DNA from: Lama guanicoe
Taxonomy: Eukaryota
Direction: 5' to 3'
Assembly: GCA_013239625.1 (NCBI GenBank)
Contig: MU053881.1
Location: 14,686,373 to 14,750,372 of the forward strand
Length of the DNA stretch: 64,000 nt
A program made the translations under genes and the position numbers. This document shows, one piece after another, positions 25,201-39,174 of the stretch (position 1 is the stretch's first letter; each line of letters opens with the position of its first letter). Below the pieces are notes generated by a model. That model was given only the letters and a program-made list of their open reading frames with translations, did not search any database and had not been told where the DNA came from.

Positions 25201-27779
25201 ACTAAACGCCCTTCTTTGAGGAGAATCTGGGTTGCCCTGTGCCCCCTCAACCCCGAGCAGAAGGGGCAGCCACAGCCCGCAAGCTGTTCCCACCAGGGCC
25301 TGGAGCCTCCAGGCAGCTCTCCAGGATTGCAGGGTCAAGAGGGGATTTCTGCCCTCGGGGAAGGGTTCAAGATTTTGTCTCTCAGGTCAAAGGCTAATTT
25401 CCCAGGAAATAAAGAGCTATTTCAAATCAGTTAAAAACAAAACAAAAAGAAAAACAATTCAACACAAAAGAGGCAAAGAAACAGCCAAGTTACCAGGAAG
25501 GCAACAACTTAAAAATATGACAGGTACTTGACTGCACTCATAAGGAGAAAGTTGGGTTTAACTGTCAGCGGGGGGCGTTGGCACGTGTGGGGACAGTGCA
25601 CAAGGACAGGGCTGATCTGTCACTGTGTGGGGACAGTAACACAACTGGTGGATGAGGCAAGTGGGCAAGGGAGCGGCCACTGGGCACGCCTCTCTGCAGG
25701 TGACTTGGCAAATGCCTTGCTGTGCCCCCAACAGGTGAGCATGAAGCCTCGTGGGCCAGTGAGGCCATGGCCAGGTGCTGGTCCCAGTGAAAGTATGAAG
25801 GTCTGGATGGGAAGCCACGTGGGTTGGGGAGGGGGTGGGGGACAGGGAGAACACGTGACAGCAGCCCTCAAGGGAGGACACCACCCAGCCTGTCACTAAT
25901 GAGTGGAACCTACCTGGACCCAGCTAGGATGCTGTCCAGATGCAAAGACCTGGAAACAGTCCAGTTGTTTATAGAGAGCTGTCAACAGTGATGGGGACTT
26001 ACTGGACATGGGAGGAGACAAGAATAGGTGGGAGCCTAACTGTGGATGTACAGACTCTCTTTCAGTTGGCATTTCCTTGCCCCCTACTTACCTATCCATT
26101 AACAACAGAGAGAGGACCGAACCCACGCGTGGCCCTTCCTTGGTCAGAACCCCTCCCACTGCCCTCAGGCATCCCCTCCATGCTCCCTCCTGGCCCCTTT
26201 CCCTGAAACTGTCACATGATTCTGAATTCACCCCCCTCCAAAAGGCCCCCACCTCACTGAATTGGGGCTCCCACTGCTCCACACAGCATCCATGCTCAGG
26301 ACAGTCACCAGGTTTCCTCGGCCACCAGTGGCCTCCACCAGTAGGGACACCATAGTCAGAACTTCTCCACACACAGCCCCAGGTTGGGCCCCCATGTCTG
26401 TGCCCAAGAACATGGGCTCCTTCGGGTGTTATCTGGAGATCTTCATTGGTCACATAGTGACCAATGGCCTATGCGGCTGAGGGTGAGGCCCAGGGTATGG
26501 CAGGTGGCCTCAGCTGGTGCTGGGAACCTGGAGCCTCCTCCCTCTTGACTTCTTCCCCTGCAGCCTCTGCTATTTACGTAATATCCTTTAGATGAATAAG
26601 TTAGAACACTGAGAAGTGAATCCTAGAACAGGAGGTGCAGCTGGCAGAACTGGGGGAGGAGGTCCCTGGGGAATCTCAGAGGAACCTGGCCCAGGAGTCG
26701 CCTTTGGGCCTCTCATCACAGCAGAGGATGCTGTGTGTTCTCTGGGGTCAGGAGCTCAAGGGGAGAAGCCAAGTCACTGCCTGGTGCTGGGGACGAGGGT
26801 GAGGGTAAGATTGGGGCAGCCACTTGCTCAAGTTTTGCTCCTTGACAAGCAAATGCACACCTGGCCAGGACTTTTGGAAAAAGGTGAAACCCAGATAGTA
26901 CCCCGTAGGCATCATTTGGGCGGGGAACACAGAGCTTTGGTTTTGCTTCAAAACCCACATTCGGCCTTCTCAAAGTGTAAGTCACTCCCAAGTTCAAAGA
27001 TGTATTTATATAAAATAGTACATAGGGTAGGGAGAGGGGATGGAACATTAAATTAGGCCAGTTGTAAATGTTTTCCCCTAAAAAATCAATCTTTTAAAGA
27101 AGACAGAGGACAGCTCAGAGCTCTGGCCCTCAGTGTCCCTCCAGGACCCCCAGCAGTAGGGACATCCTGCTGCCCTCTCTCAGCTCCTTTGTTGGCATCT
27201 CTGACCTCTTGTGACACTGTATGTCTGGTGCACAACTGCCTAGATCTCACGGACTAGAGGGACACACACATTCTTGTTCCTCGTGCTGGTGACACTGTCA
27301 CACTGAGGGTCTCCGCGTTCAGGCTCGGAGCCCACCTCTCAGTCCCACATTCTGGGTGCCCGTTCACCTGGGAGACCCGCGCTCGCTCTCCTCCCACAGC
27401 TCCTGAACATCCCATGCCCCGTGGCGGCTCTGTGGCTAGAGGTTATATCTGTTAATATTTACCCCAAATGACGCCCTGGCCATAACTCTGCTGAACCCGC
27501 TGCCCTATGGCTCTACTTCCAGAAGAGAATCTGTTTTTTAAGTTCAAGTTCACATTCCTCAATCCAGAGTGGAAGCTGAGGGACCTCTAAAGTGAGCCAC
27601 CAGCTTGGTTTCAGGTGGTGCTGAGAGAACAGACGCCCATGAAGAACAATGTAAGGGGGACAGGATTTAAGTAAGGATTGTTTTCTTTTTTGCAGGGCTT
27701 AGGATTTATGTGAGGGTTTTTTAGGGGAAGGGAGGGTACTGGGATTGTTCCTTAAAAATATTTTCAGCACACAAAAAAT

Positions 27780-28245
27780 AAAAATTTGTAACTGTGTACA
27801 ATGATGCATGTTAACTAGACTTATTGTGGTGATCAGTTCACAATATACACAAATATTAAACCATTACATTGTAAACCTGACACTAATATACAGTTGGCCC
27901 TCTGAATCTGCAGGTTCCACATCCATGGATTCAACTAACTGAGGATTGGGAAAAAAACAAAAAAATCCCATTAAGTTCCAAAAAGCAAAACTTGAATTTG
28001 CTATGCACTGGCAACTATTTATATAGCATTTACATTGTATTAGGTATTATAAGTGACCTAGAGATGATTTAAAGTATACAGGAGAATGTGCGTAGGTTAT
28101 ATGCAAATGCTATGCCATTTTATAATAAGGGACTTGAGCACCCTTGAATGTTGGTATCCAGGGGTAAATCCAGAACCAATGCCCTGGAGATACTGAGGGA
28201 TGACGGTAATGTTACATGTCAATTATACCTCAATTAAAAAATGCA
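27780..28245 (+). mobile_element. L1 3' terminal fragment interrupted by a MER2-type element
   Basis: tgttaactagacttattgtggtgatc...actaatata resumes after the insert as atgttacatgtcaattatacctcaattaaaaa. Confidence 0.75.
27891..28206 (-). mobile_element. MER2/MER2B-type Tigger (Tc1/mariner) non-autonomous DNA transposon
   Basis: Imperfect TIRs cagttggccctc / gagggatgacgg, flanked by TA on both sides; MER2-like body (ggttatatgcaaatgctatgccattttat). Confidence 0.85.
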
Positions 28246-28299
28246 AAACAAAACAAAATAAAGCCCCAAAAACCTTCAGATAAGAGAGACAGGATATAC

Positions 28300-28705
28300 A
28301 GAGGGACAATGGCCAGGCTATGTGTGACAGCAGAACTCTGACCTGCCACCTCTGTAGCACCCAGCCAGGGAAAGTAAACCACAACTCCTCTAGCAATGGG
28401 CCCCAAAAGCTGGGACTTGGTAGGTGACTGCAGCTTCCCTAATATTCCCTAATTTTTGTTCCTGTTTCCAACTCAGGACAACCAGAAGGAAAAAAATAAA
28501 CCCTTCACAACCAATCACATAAGGCAACTACTTCTTGGCAGCTGCCCCCAGCTTCTTACCCCAACAGCCTCCAACAGGCGCACCTGGGCCTACGCTTCAC
28601 CGTAACGGTCTCTCTCTCTCCTGCCGGCCTTTGAGTCTCAGCCAAATGCAGCGGACACCTTGGCCCTAGCAAGCCTCTGTTCTCATTTCAGTTGCCTTGG
28701 TTTAT
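28300..28705 (+). mobile_element. Probable ERV1-class LTR remnant
   Basis: LTR-like text (agaactctgacc...gactgcagcttccctaat...ccaatcacataagg); family uncertain. Confidence 0.45.
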
Positions 28706-28739
28706 TCCCATAGGTAACTGCATGAATAGGGGAGAAGAG

Positions 28740-29505
28740 ATAGCTCTTCCTTATAGTAGAATTTCACTTAAGAAATGTACGAGGAGTGACGGACACAGAA
28801 AATCACCAATAGGCAAATGTCAGTATTCCCTATTGCCATCAAGAGCCACAGGTGGACAGATGCTAAAATGGGGGAGTGATAATACGATGAGAAATGGGGT
28901 ACTTGGGTGGTCTCTAAACATCTGTCCACAAGACACTTAGTAATTTCTTTGGGCAGAGAAACCTAACAGACCCCACCTTGAGCAAATGATCAAGGTCAGC
29001 ACCACTGGTGATGGGACACAGTGACAGATTGTACCCCTGACACAATGCAGTGGGAGGGACACAACATCACTTCTGTGGGATTCTTGCCAAAGATGTACAA
29101 CCCCAGTATAATCGTGAGGAAACACCTGACAAACCACAAGGAGGCAGACTCTTCAAGCGACTGAGCAGTTCTCAGCAAATGTGTGAAGGTCAAGGACAAT
29201 AAGAAAAGACCAAGGAACCATCACAGATCGGAGGTGACTAAGGAGACACAAGGTCTAAGTACAACATAGGCACCTGGACCATAATGAGAACATTACAGGG
29301 AAAGCTGGTGAAACCAGAATTCAGTCTGGAGATGAATTCTTACTGCTGCATCAGTGTGAATGTTCTGGTTCAGATAACTGTATTGTGTAAGATGCTAACA
29401 ATGGGGGCAGCTGGGCGAAGGGTATCAGGAACTCTTAGTTATTTTTGTCATTTTTCCATAAATCTAAAATTATTTCAAAATACAAAGCTAAAAAAAAATT
29501 TTTTT
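28740..29505 (+). mobile_element. Old L1 (L1MC/MD-like) 3'UTR fragment
   Basis: acaacatcacttctgtgggattcttgccaaa...tttttccataaatctaaaattatttcaaaata. Confidence 0.6.
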
Positions 29506-30004
29506 TAAAGCTTTGAGAAAACCAGGAGCTTCAGAGAAACCTTTGGCACATCCCAGACATTTCAGATGTCTGTGGCTATGGAGGGTTGGCCCGGGGACCT
29601 GGCTCCTCCCTGTCCTGTTGGTGCCTCTGAGCTAGGGTCTCTGCATCCTGGGCTGGAGCTGGGAACCATGCCAGCAGTCATGGGAGCCCTGTGTGAGGGA
29701 TTAATGCTGCCTAGTTGGAGGGGAGACCAGCGCCCTTCTTGGCAGGTGCACCCTGACCTTGGCCCCTTCTCAGAGCAGGGCGTTGGGGGTCAGCAGCTGT
29801 GGGGTCCTGGGCCAAGGCCTTCACCCTCTGCCTCTGCATGTTGGGGTGAGGATGGGGTGAAGGCAGGTGCTCGACACAATGGCACGATAGCATCTATTGT
29901 TTATTGAATCCCTTTGCCCCTGTGTTCTCTAATCCGGCCAGCTTTAACCAACGAGCATGGGGGCTGCTTTACAGATGGGGAAGCATGTGTCCTTGCCGGA
30001 GACT

Positions 30005-30500
30005 GCTGTGGTGGTAATCACTCCAGCTAATGACTGAGGTGTCACAATCTCTGGTTTATCTCCCCCCTTTGCTGAGGAGGCCCGTGGATATTACTGTGTG
30101 TGGCAAAAGGGACTTTGCAAATGTGATCAAGTTAAGGATCTTGAGATGGGGAAACTGTCCTGGAGTCTCAGGATGGCTCCCATGTCATCACAAGTCCTTA
30201 AAAGGGAGGCAGGAAGGTCAGAGAAGGCATGTGGTGATGGAGGCAGATTTCAGAGAGATCTGAAGATGCTGTACTGCTGGTTTTGAAGGCGGTAGAAGGG
30301 AACTCTGGTGGTTGCGCACAGGTGGCCTCTACAAGCCAGAAAAGAGAAGAAAAACAGATTTTCTGGAATCTCCATTAAGAACACATCCCTGCAGACCCGT
30401 GTTAGACTTCTGACCTCCAGAACTGAAGGGTAACAAACTTGTGTGGCTTTTAGCCTCCAGGTGTGTGGACGTTTGTTACAGCAGCCAAGGTAAACCGATA
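30005..30500 (+). mobile_element. MLT1-type MaLR LTR
   Basis: tggcaaaagggactttgcaaatgtgatcaagttaaggatcttgagatggg...gacttctgacctccagaactg...tttgttacagcagc. Confidence 0.85.
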
Positions 30501-31326
30501 CAGGCTGTCAGGAGGAAGCTGGGGCGGTGGCCCTGTGCGACAGCTCAGGGTAGTCACAAGGAGGCCAATTTCAGGTCAACAGGAGATGATGAAAATGCCA
30601 GGACTGCCAGTACTGACGGCAGCCCAACCGCTGCCCCCAGGGAGGACAGTCATTCACACAATGATAGGTGCTCAGAGCATCCTACAGAGGAGGCGTGGCA
30701 GGCACCGCACCTGCGCTCATGCAACGAGTGAGACAATTCAGGGAGCTGAACTGTCAAAGGCCGTGAAGGAAGCGAACAGGGAGATGGACCGAGTGGTGGG
30801 GGCCCAGATTCGAGATTGGGTGGCCACGCTGGCCTCCCTGAGGGTGCTGGAGCTGAGGCTGGAGGGGTTGGCAAGTGCTGCATTCCAGGCAGTGAGATGT
30901 GAGGCATGCAAGAGGCCCCAGGGGAGAATGAGTCAGCCAGTGAGAGCAGAGATTTAGAACTGGGAAGATGGAGTGAAGGGGAGTGAGCAGGGCAGGGAGG
31001 CCCATGGGGCCACTCAGGTAAGATGGTGGGGTCTGATGGAGGGAGGTTGAGGGAAACTCAGGAGCCTGCCTGAGGCCCTGGAGTGGTGGGGTTGTTTTCT
31101 GGGCTGAAGTGGCTTGGGTGGGGCCAATGTGAGGGGAAGGAGGCCAGTGGCCCCTATTCCTAGGGCCGCACCCCTGGCAGATTCTTGCCCATGCCCTAGT
31201 CTGAGCTACTCAAATGAGAAGAGGTTATCAAGCCTTCTGGTCCCACCTCGTGGTCCTATTACATCACCAGGAAGGATGTGAGGGCAAAACAGAAAATGCA
31301 CCTAAGTTTAATTAAAAACAGATCTA

Positions 31327-32038
31327 GTGGGCTGGTGGGAATGCAGTTTGGTACAGACACTGAGGAAAACAGTATGGAGATTCCTCAAAAGACTAGGAAT
31401 AGACTTACCATATGACCGAGGAATCCTGCTCCTGGGCGTATATCCAGAAGGAACCCTACTTCAAAATGACTCCTGCACCTCAATGTTCATAGCAGCACTA
31501 TTTACAATAGCCAAGACATGGAAACAGCCTAAATGTCCATCGACAGATGACTGGATAAAGAAGATGTGCTATATTTATACAATGGAATACTATTCAGCCA
31601 TAAAAACCAACAACATAACGCCATTTGCAGCAACATGGATGCTCCTGGAGAATGTCATTCTAAGTGAAGTAAGCCAGAAAGAGAAAGAAAAATACTATAT
31701 GAGCTCACTCATATGTGGAATCTAAAACAAACAAACAGACAAACATAAATACAAAACAGAAACAGACTCATAGACATAGAATACAAACTTGTGGTTGCCA
31801 GGGGGTCAAGGGGTGGGAAGGGACAGACTGGGATTTCAAAATGTAGAATAGATAAACAAGATTGTACTGTGTGGCACAAGGAAATATATACAGGATCTTG
31901 TGGTGGCTCACAGCGAAAGAGAATGTGACAATGAACGTATGTATGTTCACATATAACTGAAAAATTGTGCTCTAGGCTGGAATTTGACATAACATTGTAA
32001 AATGATTATAACTTAATAAAAAAAATGTTAAAAAAAAG
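31327..32038 (+). mobile_element. Relatively young, 5'-truncated L1 (open ORF2 C-terminus, 3'UTR, A tail)
   Basis: Uninterrupted 132-codon frame ...TWKQPKCPSTDDWIKKMCYIYTMEYYSAIK...SLICGI*, then 3'UTR, aataaa and an A-rich tail. Confidence 0.93.
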
Positions 32039-32799
32039 AATTACCTACTTTGGAAGGTGAGGTTGATAAAAAAGAAATAATTAGCAAATTTATTAATGGA
32101 GTGATGTTTTCTCTCAAATTGTAAGCACAATCATTTCCTGGTTTCATTCAGCCTTTTAAATCTCTGGTCTTTGGGGCATTTCACTAAACTGAGAACTTAG
32201 TTGTGTTTGGAACTTCAAACCTACATCAATATGTCTTATATTTTTGGCCTTTTCAGTCTCTCAATATTTTACATATGTTTGGCCGCAATTAAGATGTAAA
32301 GACTCATTTAAAAAAATAAATGATTGTTCTCCACCCCCCCAAAACAAAAACAAAAACAAAAAACAGATCCAGTGGATTCACACTGGAAACCACTCAGTGT
32401 AGGTCTCATCCGGGGGTGATGTTTCCCCTTACCCACTCCGCCCATGCTCTGCCTCATTGCCCACCTCCACCCCCCAAGGCTGGTCATAATGGTTATTCCC
32501 GGGGTTCCTCATGGAGCCAGTGGTGGAAAGCCACACCCTGGCCTCGCTGCTGTCACCTGTCAGGGAAGTATCTCCTTGTGTAATCCAGAAGGCAGAGTCA
32601 CGGGGTCAAGGCTGGCACCGCCCTTTGCCAGGTGAGTGCCCTTGGGCAGGTGCCCCAGCACCTGGGGGCCTGGGCTTCCTGACCTGTGAGCTGCGCTTGG
32701 TGGCAGCACCCACCTGGGGTGAGTGAGCTCAAACGAAGAACCATGTTATCTCGACTTCATTCTGCCAAAGTCTGCCTAAACTTGTTAAAAAAACCTGGA

Positions 32800-33395
32800 G
32801 CCCTCATATACTAGGAACGCGCGATGGAGCTGCTGTGGCTGCAGACATCAGTCTGAAGGCCCCTCAACTAGTTGAACATAGAATTACCCTGTAACCCAGC
32901 AATTCCACTCCTAGGCCTGTACCAAGTGAACTGAAAACAGATATTTAAACAAATCCTTGCACACCATGCTCAGAGCAGCACTAGCTACAATCACCAAAAG
33001 GTGAAAACAACCCACATGTCCATCAATAGATGAACAGATAAAATGAGGTCCATTATTCAGCCCGAAAAAGTGATGAAGCACTGACATGTGCTCCACTATG
33101 GATGAACCTTGAAAACCTCATGCCAAGTGAAAGAAGCCAGACACAAAAGGCCAGGTGTAGTGCGGTCCCTTGGACATGAAACATCCACAACAGGCAGAGC
33201 CACTGAAACAGAGGGCAGGCTGACGGCTGCCAGAGGCTGGGGGAGGGGGAAATGGGAGTGAGCACTGAGGACAAGGCTTCCTTTTAGGGTGATGAAAACG
33301 TTCCTTATGAAGTGGTGGCTGCATGTGCCACTGAATTGTCTACTTTAAAATGGGTAAAATGGTAAATTTTAAGCGATGGGTATCTTACATGAAAA
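32800..33395 (+). mobile_element. L1MB-like 3' fragment
   Basis: cccagcaattccactcctagg, ggatgaaccttgaaaac, gccactgaattgtctactttaaaatgg. Confidence 0.8.
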
Positions 33396-33544
33396 AACAG
33401 CCCTGGCCCTCCAACTACCCTGGGAGGCTATTCTCTGATCCATCAGGATCCCAGGGTGGTAGGAGGCTGGTCACACTTCAGGCCTCCCTTTCCTCATCGA
33501 CCCTACCCTCCTTACTAGGTTAACTGAGTCAGGTTAGCTGTTTT

Positions 33545-33676
33545 TTTGGGGGGGGTGAGGTAGGTAATTAGGTTTATTTATTTATATATATATTTTAATA
33601 GAGAAACTGGGGATTGAACCCAGAACCCCATGCATTAGAAGCATGCACTCTACCACTGAGCTACACCCTCCCCCCC
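33545..33676 (-). mobile_element. Vic-1-like SINE
   Basis: ctggggattgaacccag...gcatgcactctaccactgagctacaccctcccc. Confidence 0.87.
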
Positions 33677-34339
33677 AGGTCAGGCTGACTGGGTGCCTGC
33701 CCTGTACACACTCTGGGGAGGTGGCACCATCAAGAGGGTAGGGAGTGTGGGCAGATGACCCCCACGGGGAGGACACTGAGTGGAGCTCTGTGTGGTTGGA
33801 GAGATGAGGAGGGCAAGGCAGGGGGCTGTCCTGGGATCTGATGCCATGACAGCAAGGAGGAGGCCCCCGCTTCCCAGCACGTCCCCCGGGGAGTGAACTC
33901 AGGCTGACCAGGGAAATAAAGGCAGGCGTGGGCCACTGAAGGCTCTGCTGTGGAAAAGCACAGAACTCCCCACCCCCGCCTGCTCCCGACACTGCTGCCA
34001 GACCTCGCACCTCTGGACCTCAGCTTCTGCCCCTTCCCAGCCAGGACCCCTCCCTGCACACCACTCCTAGGGCCTCTCCTCACTGACCCTGGGGCTGAAT
34101 CTGGGTCACATGGGGGGACTGAATCTGGGTCACGTGGGAACTCTGAACCCTGGTCTCACAGCCGATGAGCATGCCTCATGGACACAACCCTGACAGCCAT
34201 CCACAGGAGAATGAGTTTGCACAGGTGCTACAGTCACCCAGTGGGGACCATGTGACAACATAGGACAAGCTGCTGCCACTTGCAATGACAGGGACAGATC
34301 TCAGAGACATCACGGTGGAGAGAGAGAAGCCAACACAAA

Positions 34340-34965
34340 AGACTGTGTACCAAAAATAAAATCCAAGCATGGTAACATAGTGTGGTCCATCTACACAGAG
34401 GAAGGACATCCTGACACATGCCACAACATGGATGAACCTTGAGGACATTGTCCTAAGTGAAATGGGCCAGTCACAAAAGGACAAATGCTGTCTGATTCCA
34501 CTTACATGAGGCCCCCAGAGCAGTCGGATTCGTAGGGACAAAAAGTAGAGGGGTGCCAGGGACTGAGGGAAGGGGATGGGGAGTTACAGTGTTTAAAGGG
34601 GGCAGAGTTTCAGTTTGGGGAAATGGAAAAGTTCTGGAGGTGGATGGTGGTGATGGGTGCCCAACGGTGTGAAAGTACTTAATGCCACTGAGCTGTACAC
34701 CAAGAAAAGGTTAAGATGGCATATTTTGTTGCATGTATCTTATCACAATTGAAAATGAAATTCAAGCACAGACAACTCATTCGTGGTGATAAAGATCAGA
34801 ATGGGGTTACCTTCGAGGGGTATGACAAGAAAGGGGTGTGGAGAAGCCAGCTGGGGACTTGAACTGCTCTGTATCTTGATCAGGCTTTGTATGGGAACAA
34901 ACGTAAAAATTCCTTGAGCTATATAATGCACTTTACTGTACGTAAGTTATATTGCAGTAAAAATT
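34340..34965 (+). mobile_element. L1 3' fragments (L1MB/ME-like)
   Basis: catggatgaaccttgaggacattgtcctaagtgaaat...gaaaagttctggaggtggatggtggtgatgg. Confidence 0.75.
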
Positions 34966-36054
34966 TTTAAGCAGTAAAACAAAACAAAAACAAACCTTCC
35001 TGCCCACCCACCCAGGCCAGCTGACCTGGAGCCTAAGCACCATGTTCCTAATTCCCCGGGGACTCTGACAGCACCTGGGGGACGACGTGCACTGCTCACT
35101 ACTGCTCACCTTCCTCTCCACCTGGGAGAACACTTGCTGATGACTTGAGCAATGACTAAAAGTCCAGAGATGCTTAGGCTTCTGGAAGGTGGGCCACACG
35201 TGCAATAGACATCCAGCCCCCTTCTGGAGACAGCACCCTGGGCAGCCACCTGCTCCACTCTTTGTCACCTTGGAGAAGGGGGTGCTGACCCTCTCCTTGA
35301 CTCTGGGGTGACCTGGGTGACCCTACTTGGGTCATAAGAGCTCACACTCTTGGGTCCAGGGTGCTGGGTTCAAAGACTGGGACTTTCGAGGGAGCCCCTG
35401 GTGCTAGAGAAGTCCTTCTTCTCCAGGGAGGAGAGTGGGTAGGCCCAAGGGCAGTTGACACAGAGCCGAGGCCAGAGGGGGAGGCAGATGTGTGCAGACT
35501 TGGGGTGTCCTGGAACCCAATGGTGCCGAAAGAACCTGGAAGATGCTGGAAGCACGTGGACTTTTCCACCCCGGAGCCCACAAAGCCCTCTTTCAGTTCA
35601 GCCGGTTTGGGATGGGTTTCTGTCCCTTGCTCCTCCCAGAGCCTGGAACTGTGTATTTCCCTGACATTCCTCCAGCCTTGTGCTGTGTTTCCAACCACAG
35701 ATGATGGCATCCTGTGGCCCCAGTGGGCCCGGTCTCCTCGTGGGCTCTCGAGGTACCTTTAATGAGTACCCATAGACTGGGATGTGGGTGCCAGAGTCTT
35801 CCCCAGGGGTGGGCTGAGAACCCGGGGCCAGGTGCAGAGGGGCCAGCCCCAAATAACAAAAGTTCATCTTTTCACAGGCTACTTCTGTTCCACTCGGCAA
35901 ACAAAAAATCAAGTGAAGTAGGGTGGGGATGGGGGGCGATGCAGCACTGTAACTTACTGACCAGCACTGGTTAATGTGAACCTGGGGTCACAGGATCTCA
36001 GGTAGCGCAGCCTGTGAGTCTCCCAGTGCAGCCACTCCGTGTCCACAGCCATCC

Positions 36055-36056
<2 letters not shown>

Positions 36057-36084
<28 letters not shown>
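36057..36084. repeat. (AC)14 microsatellite
   Basis: Seen directly. Confidence 0.95.
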
Positions 36085-36088
<4 letters not shown>

Positions 36089-39000
36089 GCAACTCCCTGA
36101 CCAGGGCCACTGGTCATGCCAGCGTGTGCTGGGGACACCAAAGAGCTGTGTGTTTCACCCTGGAGGACAAGGTAAATGTTTGCACAAACAAGGGGCAGTT
36201 TCTCAGGAGATGGAGTCTATAAGCAGCCATGGAACAGATCCCGTAATCTCTCAGTAAATTAAAGGGAAACCAATTAACATCCTATCTGCCTGTTGATAAA
36301 GGCTGTTTTCTTTTCCAGTTAATGGGCATTAACTTCTGCCTAAGAAAGGGGAAGCATCTTACATAACGGTCTTCCCTGTTAACCCCGACCCAACTGGCTG
36401 CTGCATGTCTCTCGCTGCTGCATTTTATTCTGTGTCTGCCTTTCAGACAAATCCCAATCATTGCAACCTGGTGCTGCAATCTCCATGAGTCAAATATCCA
36501 CGTCTGTAAAGATCCAGAACATTCTATGGGTAATCACTGTCCTTGGTCTTTGCAGACAGTGCTGCCAATTCCTGTGGCCAACTGCACGTGAAATGATCTA
36601 AAACAAACTGAGGCACTCAAAGGTACTCACGCCTCTCTGCTAATGGGGTACACGTGTGTAATATCCTTACCCCAAAACCTTTGGTTATTGACACTTGCAG
36701 CATGCACTCCCACCTACTCAATTATTTGAATTAACTCTGCTTTTGTTGTACTCCCCCTCCCCCTACCCCTCCCCTGTGCCTGGCAAACTCCTCTGCATCC
36801 TTCAAAGCCCATCCTAAATGTCCTGGCCTCATCTCCCCAATTTTAGGTGCTCTGCCTTGTATTGAGCACTCTGTAGTTCTCTGTTGTGTTGTGAGGGGCT
36901 GCTTTCCACCCACCTTCCCTGCTAGCCTGGGACCCCTGGAAGGCAAGGGCCAGGGTCAAGCTTAGTGTCCATGCCTAGCAAAGAGCCAGAGACATACACC
37001 TGAAGACAGGTGCTTTTGCTGTCTGTCCTTCTATCCTTTAGGCATCATGCACCCAACAGCTGGAAAGTGCCTCTTCTACCAGTCTGCTTCGTTCCCCAAG
37101 CTGGAGCAAGCTGAGGCTCCTTGCCATGCCAAGCTGGGGTTGTGGCAAGGTGGAGCCCAGCATGTGACCCTGGATGTGTTACTAAACCTCCCTGGGCCTC
37201 AGTTTCCTCATTTGTCACTATCTTCTGAGGCTGGTGCTGCTCAAGTGGGTCACTGGTGTTGGTAAGTATCATTCTCCCTAATGAGTCAGGTGAAGCCAAA
37301 ACCTGGCCCTACGGAGCAGGCCTCCCCAGCTCCCACATCTCACCATGTAGCCCACATGCCCCCATGCTGGGGCCTCTAAGGCTGAGCACTGGCCCATGGG
37401 GTCCAGCCCCCAATTCTGCCTCCTCCAGGTTCATCTCCCCAAAGTGCTAAACAAAATTTGGATAGCGGCATCCCACTGCCCATCAAATGACGGTCTTTCT
37501 GCCAAATGCCTGAGCTCTACCAAGCACTCTGCCATGTGGCCACCACTGCCCATTACTGCCAGCAGTGCATTTCCAACTCTGACATTCCGGCTGGTCAACA
37601 CACGGCTCTGACCAATGTACTCCAGACTAGAGGGGCTGCTCACAGGCCCCAAACCTGCTGGTTCTTCAAAGCCTGGCTCTTATGCATCCCATCACTAACA
37701 GAGGTTAGATCAGCCACTGGCTAAGGTGTGACCAGCAAAGCTGCAAGTCACATGCTCCACCCCATCCCCTCCCCTCTCAGGGCTGCAGGAATCTGCCCAA
37801 AGCAGGGGAGGGGCAAGGTCTAAAACCCCCAGCTCTGTGCCACTCTGCCAGGTATTTCCAGGAGCACCTGTCCCAGAATTTCTGGGGACACTTGTGCAAG
37901 ACTCCTGCCACACACCCCCCCCACCCCCAGACAAATCAGAGCCACCATAGAGTGAGACCCAGGTATCAGGGTAGACAGGATAACAGCAAGATTAGCTGTG
38001 CTGACAAATACTGTAGACTGGGCAGGTCTTGGGTCAGCATGGCTAATTAATACTTAATTGAAACATACATATTCACTTTTCCAACTCATGCCACGGCAAA
38101 GGTATACAGCGTAGAGGCTCTGACATCTGTCAGGAGCTCTGCTGGCACATTTCATCAGGGAAGCCTCAAAGCCACTCACGGGGTAGTTCCCCCATTCTGG
38201 TCCTCATCTCAGTTGGGGAGGCACAAGTGGTCAGAGGCTTTGAACCTGGCTCTACTGACCATAGCTTGGTCATAGCAACCTGGCCTTGATGTGAGCCCCT
38301 CCACGCCTCTCTTACCAGCACCATGGACCAGGTCCTTCAACCCAATTCCCTCTCAGGACCCTCTCATGCTCCCCAGCCACTCAGCCTTCACTTGGGTTCC
38401 ACAACATCCAGGCTCACTTGTTCCCTCTGCTCACAACACTTTGCCACCTAGCTGACTCCTTGCTGGCTTTCAAGTCTCTGGGAGTCTTCCTGGCCCCCTG
38501 AATAAGCACGCCTCTATTCAGGACCAATCAATTATAGCACCTCAACCACTTGGTGAAGATCTGATCCACATCCGTGTCCCCTATCCTTCTGAGCCGTGTT
38601 TCTGCCTCCTTCACATCTGTCCCTGACCCTGGCACACAGAAATTTATGGATTATAAAACAATTGTGTTACAAAGCTTCAAGTGCCACTCCTGGAAGTTGG
38701 TGGTGGCATTCCAGGATGGTTTATAAATGTCTGTGTATAATAGTGGGCTGAAAGCATGGTGCTAAGGGTGACATATTTGAAGGAGGACAGGGATCTGGAT
38801 GCAGGACAACTGGGGTCTGTCCCAGCGCCCCCACATTCTCCCTATGTGTCTTTGGGCAAAGGCCCCCTGAAGCCTTGTCAGCCTTCTGTAAAACTGGGAT
38901 GATCTAAGACCAAGCTCATAGTCCGGTAAGCACATGCCAAAGGGAAGCAAAGAGCAAAATTAAGATAGAACATTCACTCGTCTAGGACCTTGCTAGCTCT

Positions 39001-39174
39001 GAGCAGACGCCCCCATCTTCCAGCAGGGAGGCAGGTGAGTGAGGGAGCCCATAGTGGGTATGGACCTGGGCCATCAGAGGGGCTGGGAAGTGTGCTACAA
39101 CCCTGCCAGCCTCATCTTGTCTGAAACAGCAGTGACAGCTGGATAAGCCCTGACAGGAATGCTGGCCTCACAGC

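Noticed and set aside
31327..31725. 132-aa ORF (and similar ORFs at 8544-8837 and 55468-55701) as independent genes
   Set aside because: These are L1 ORF2 C-terminal fragments of 5'-truncated elements
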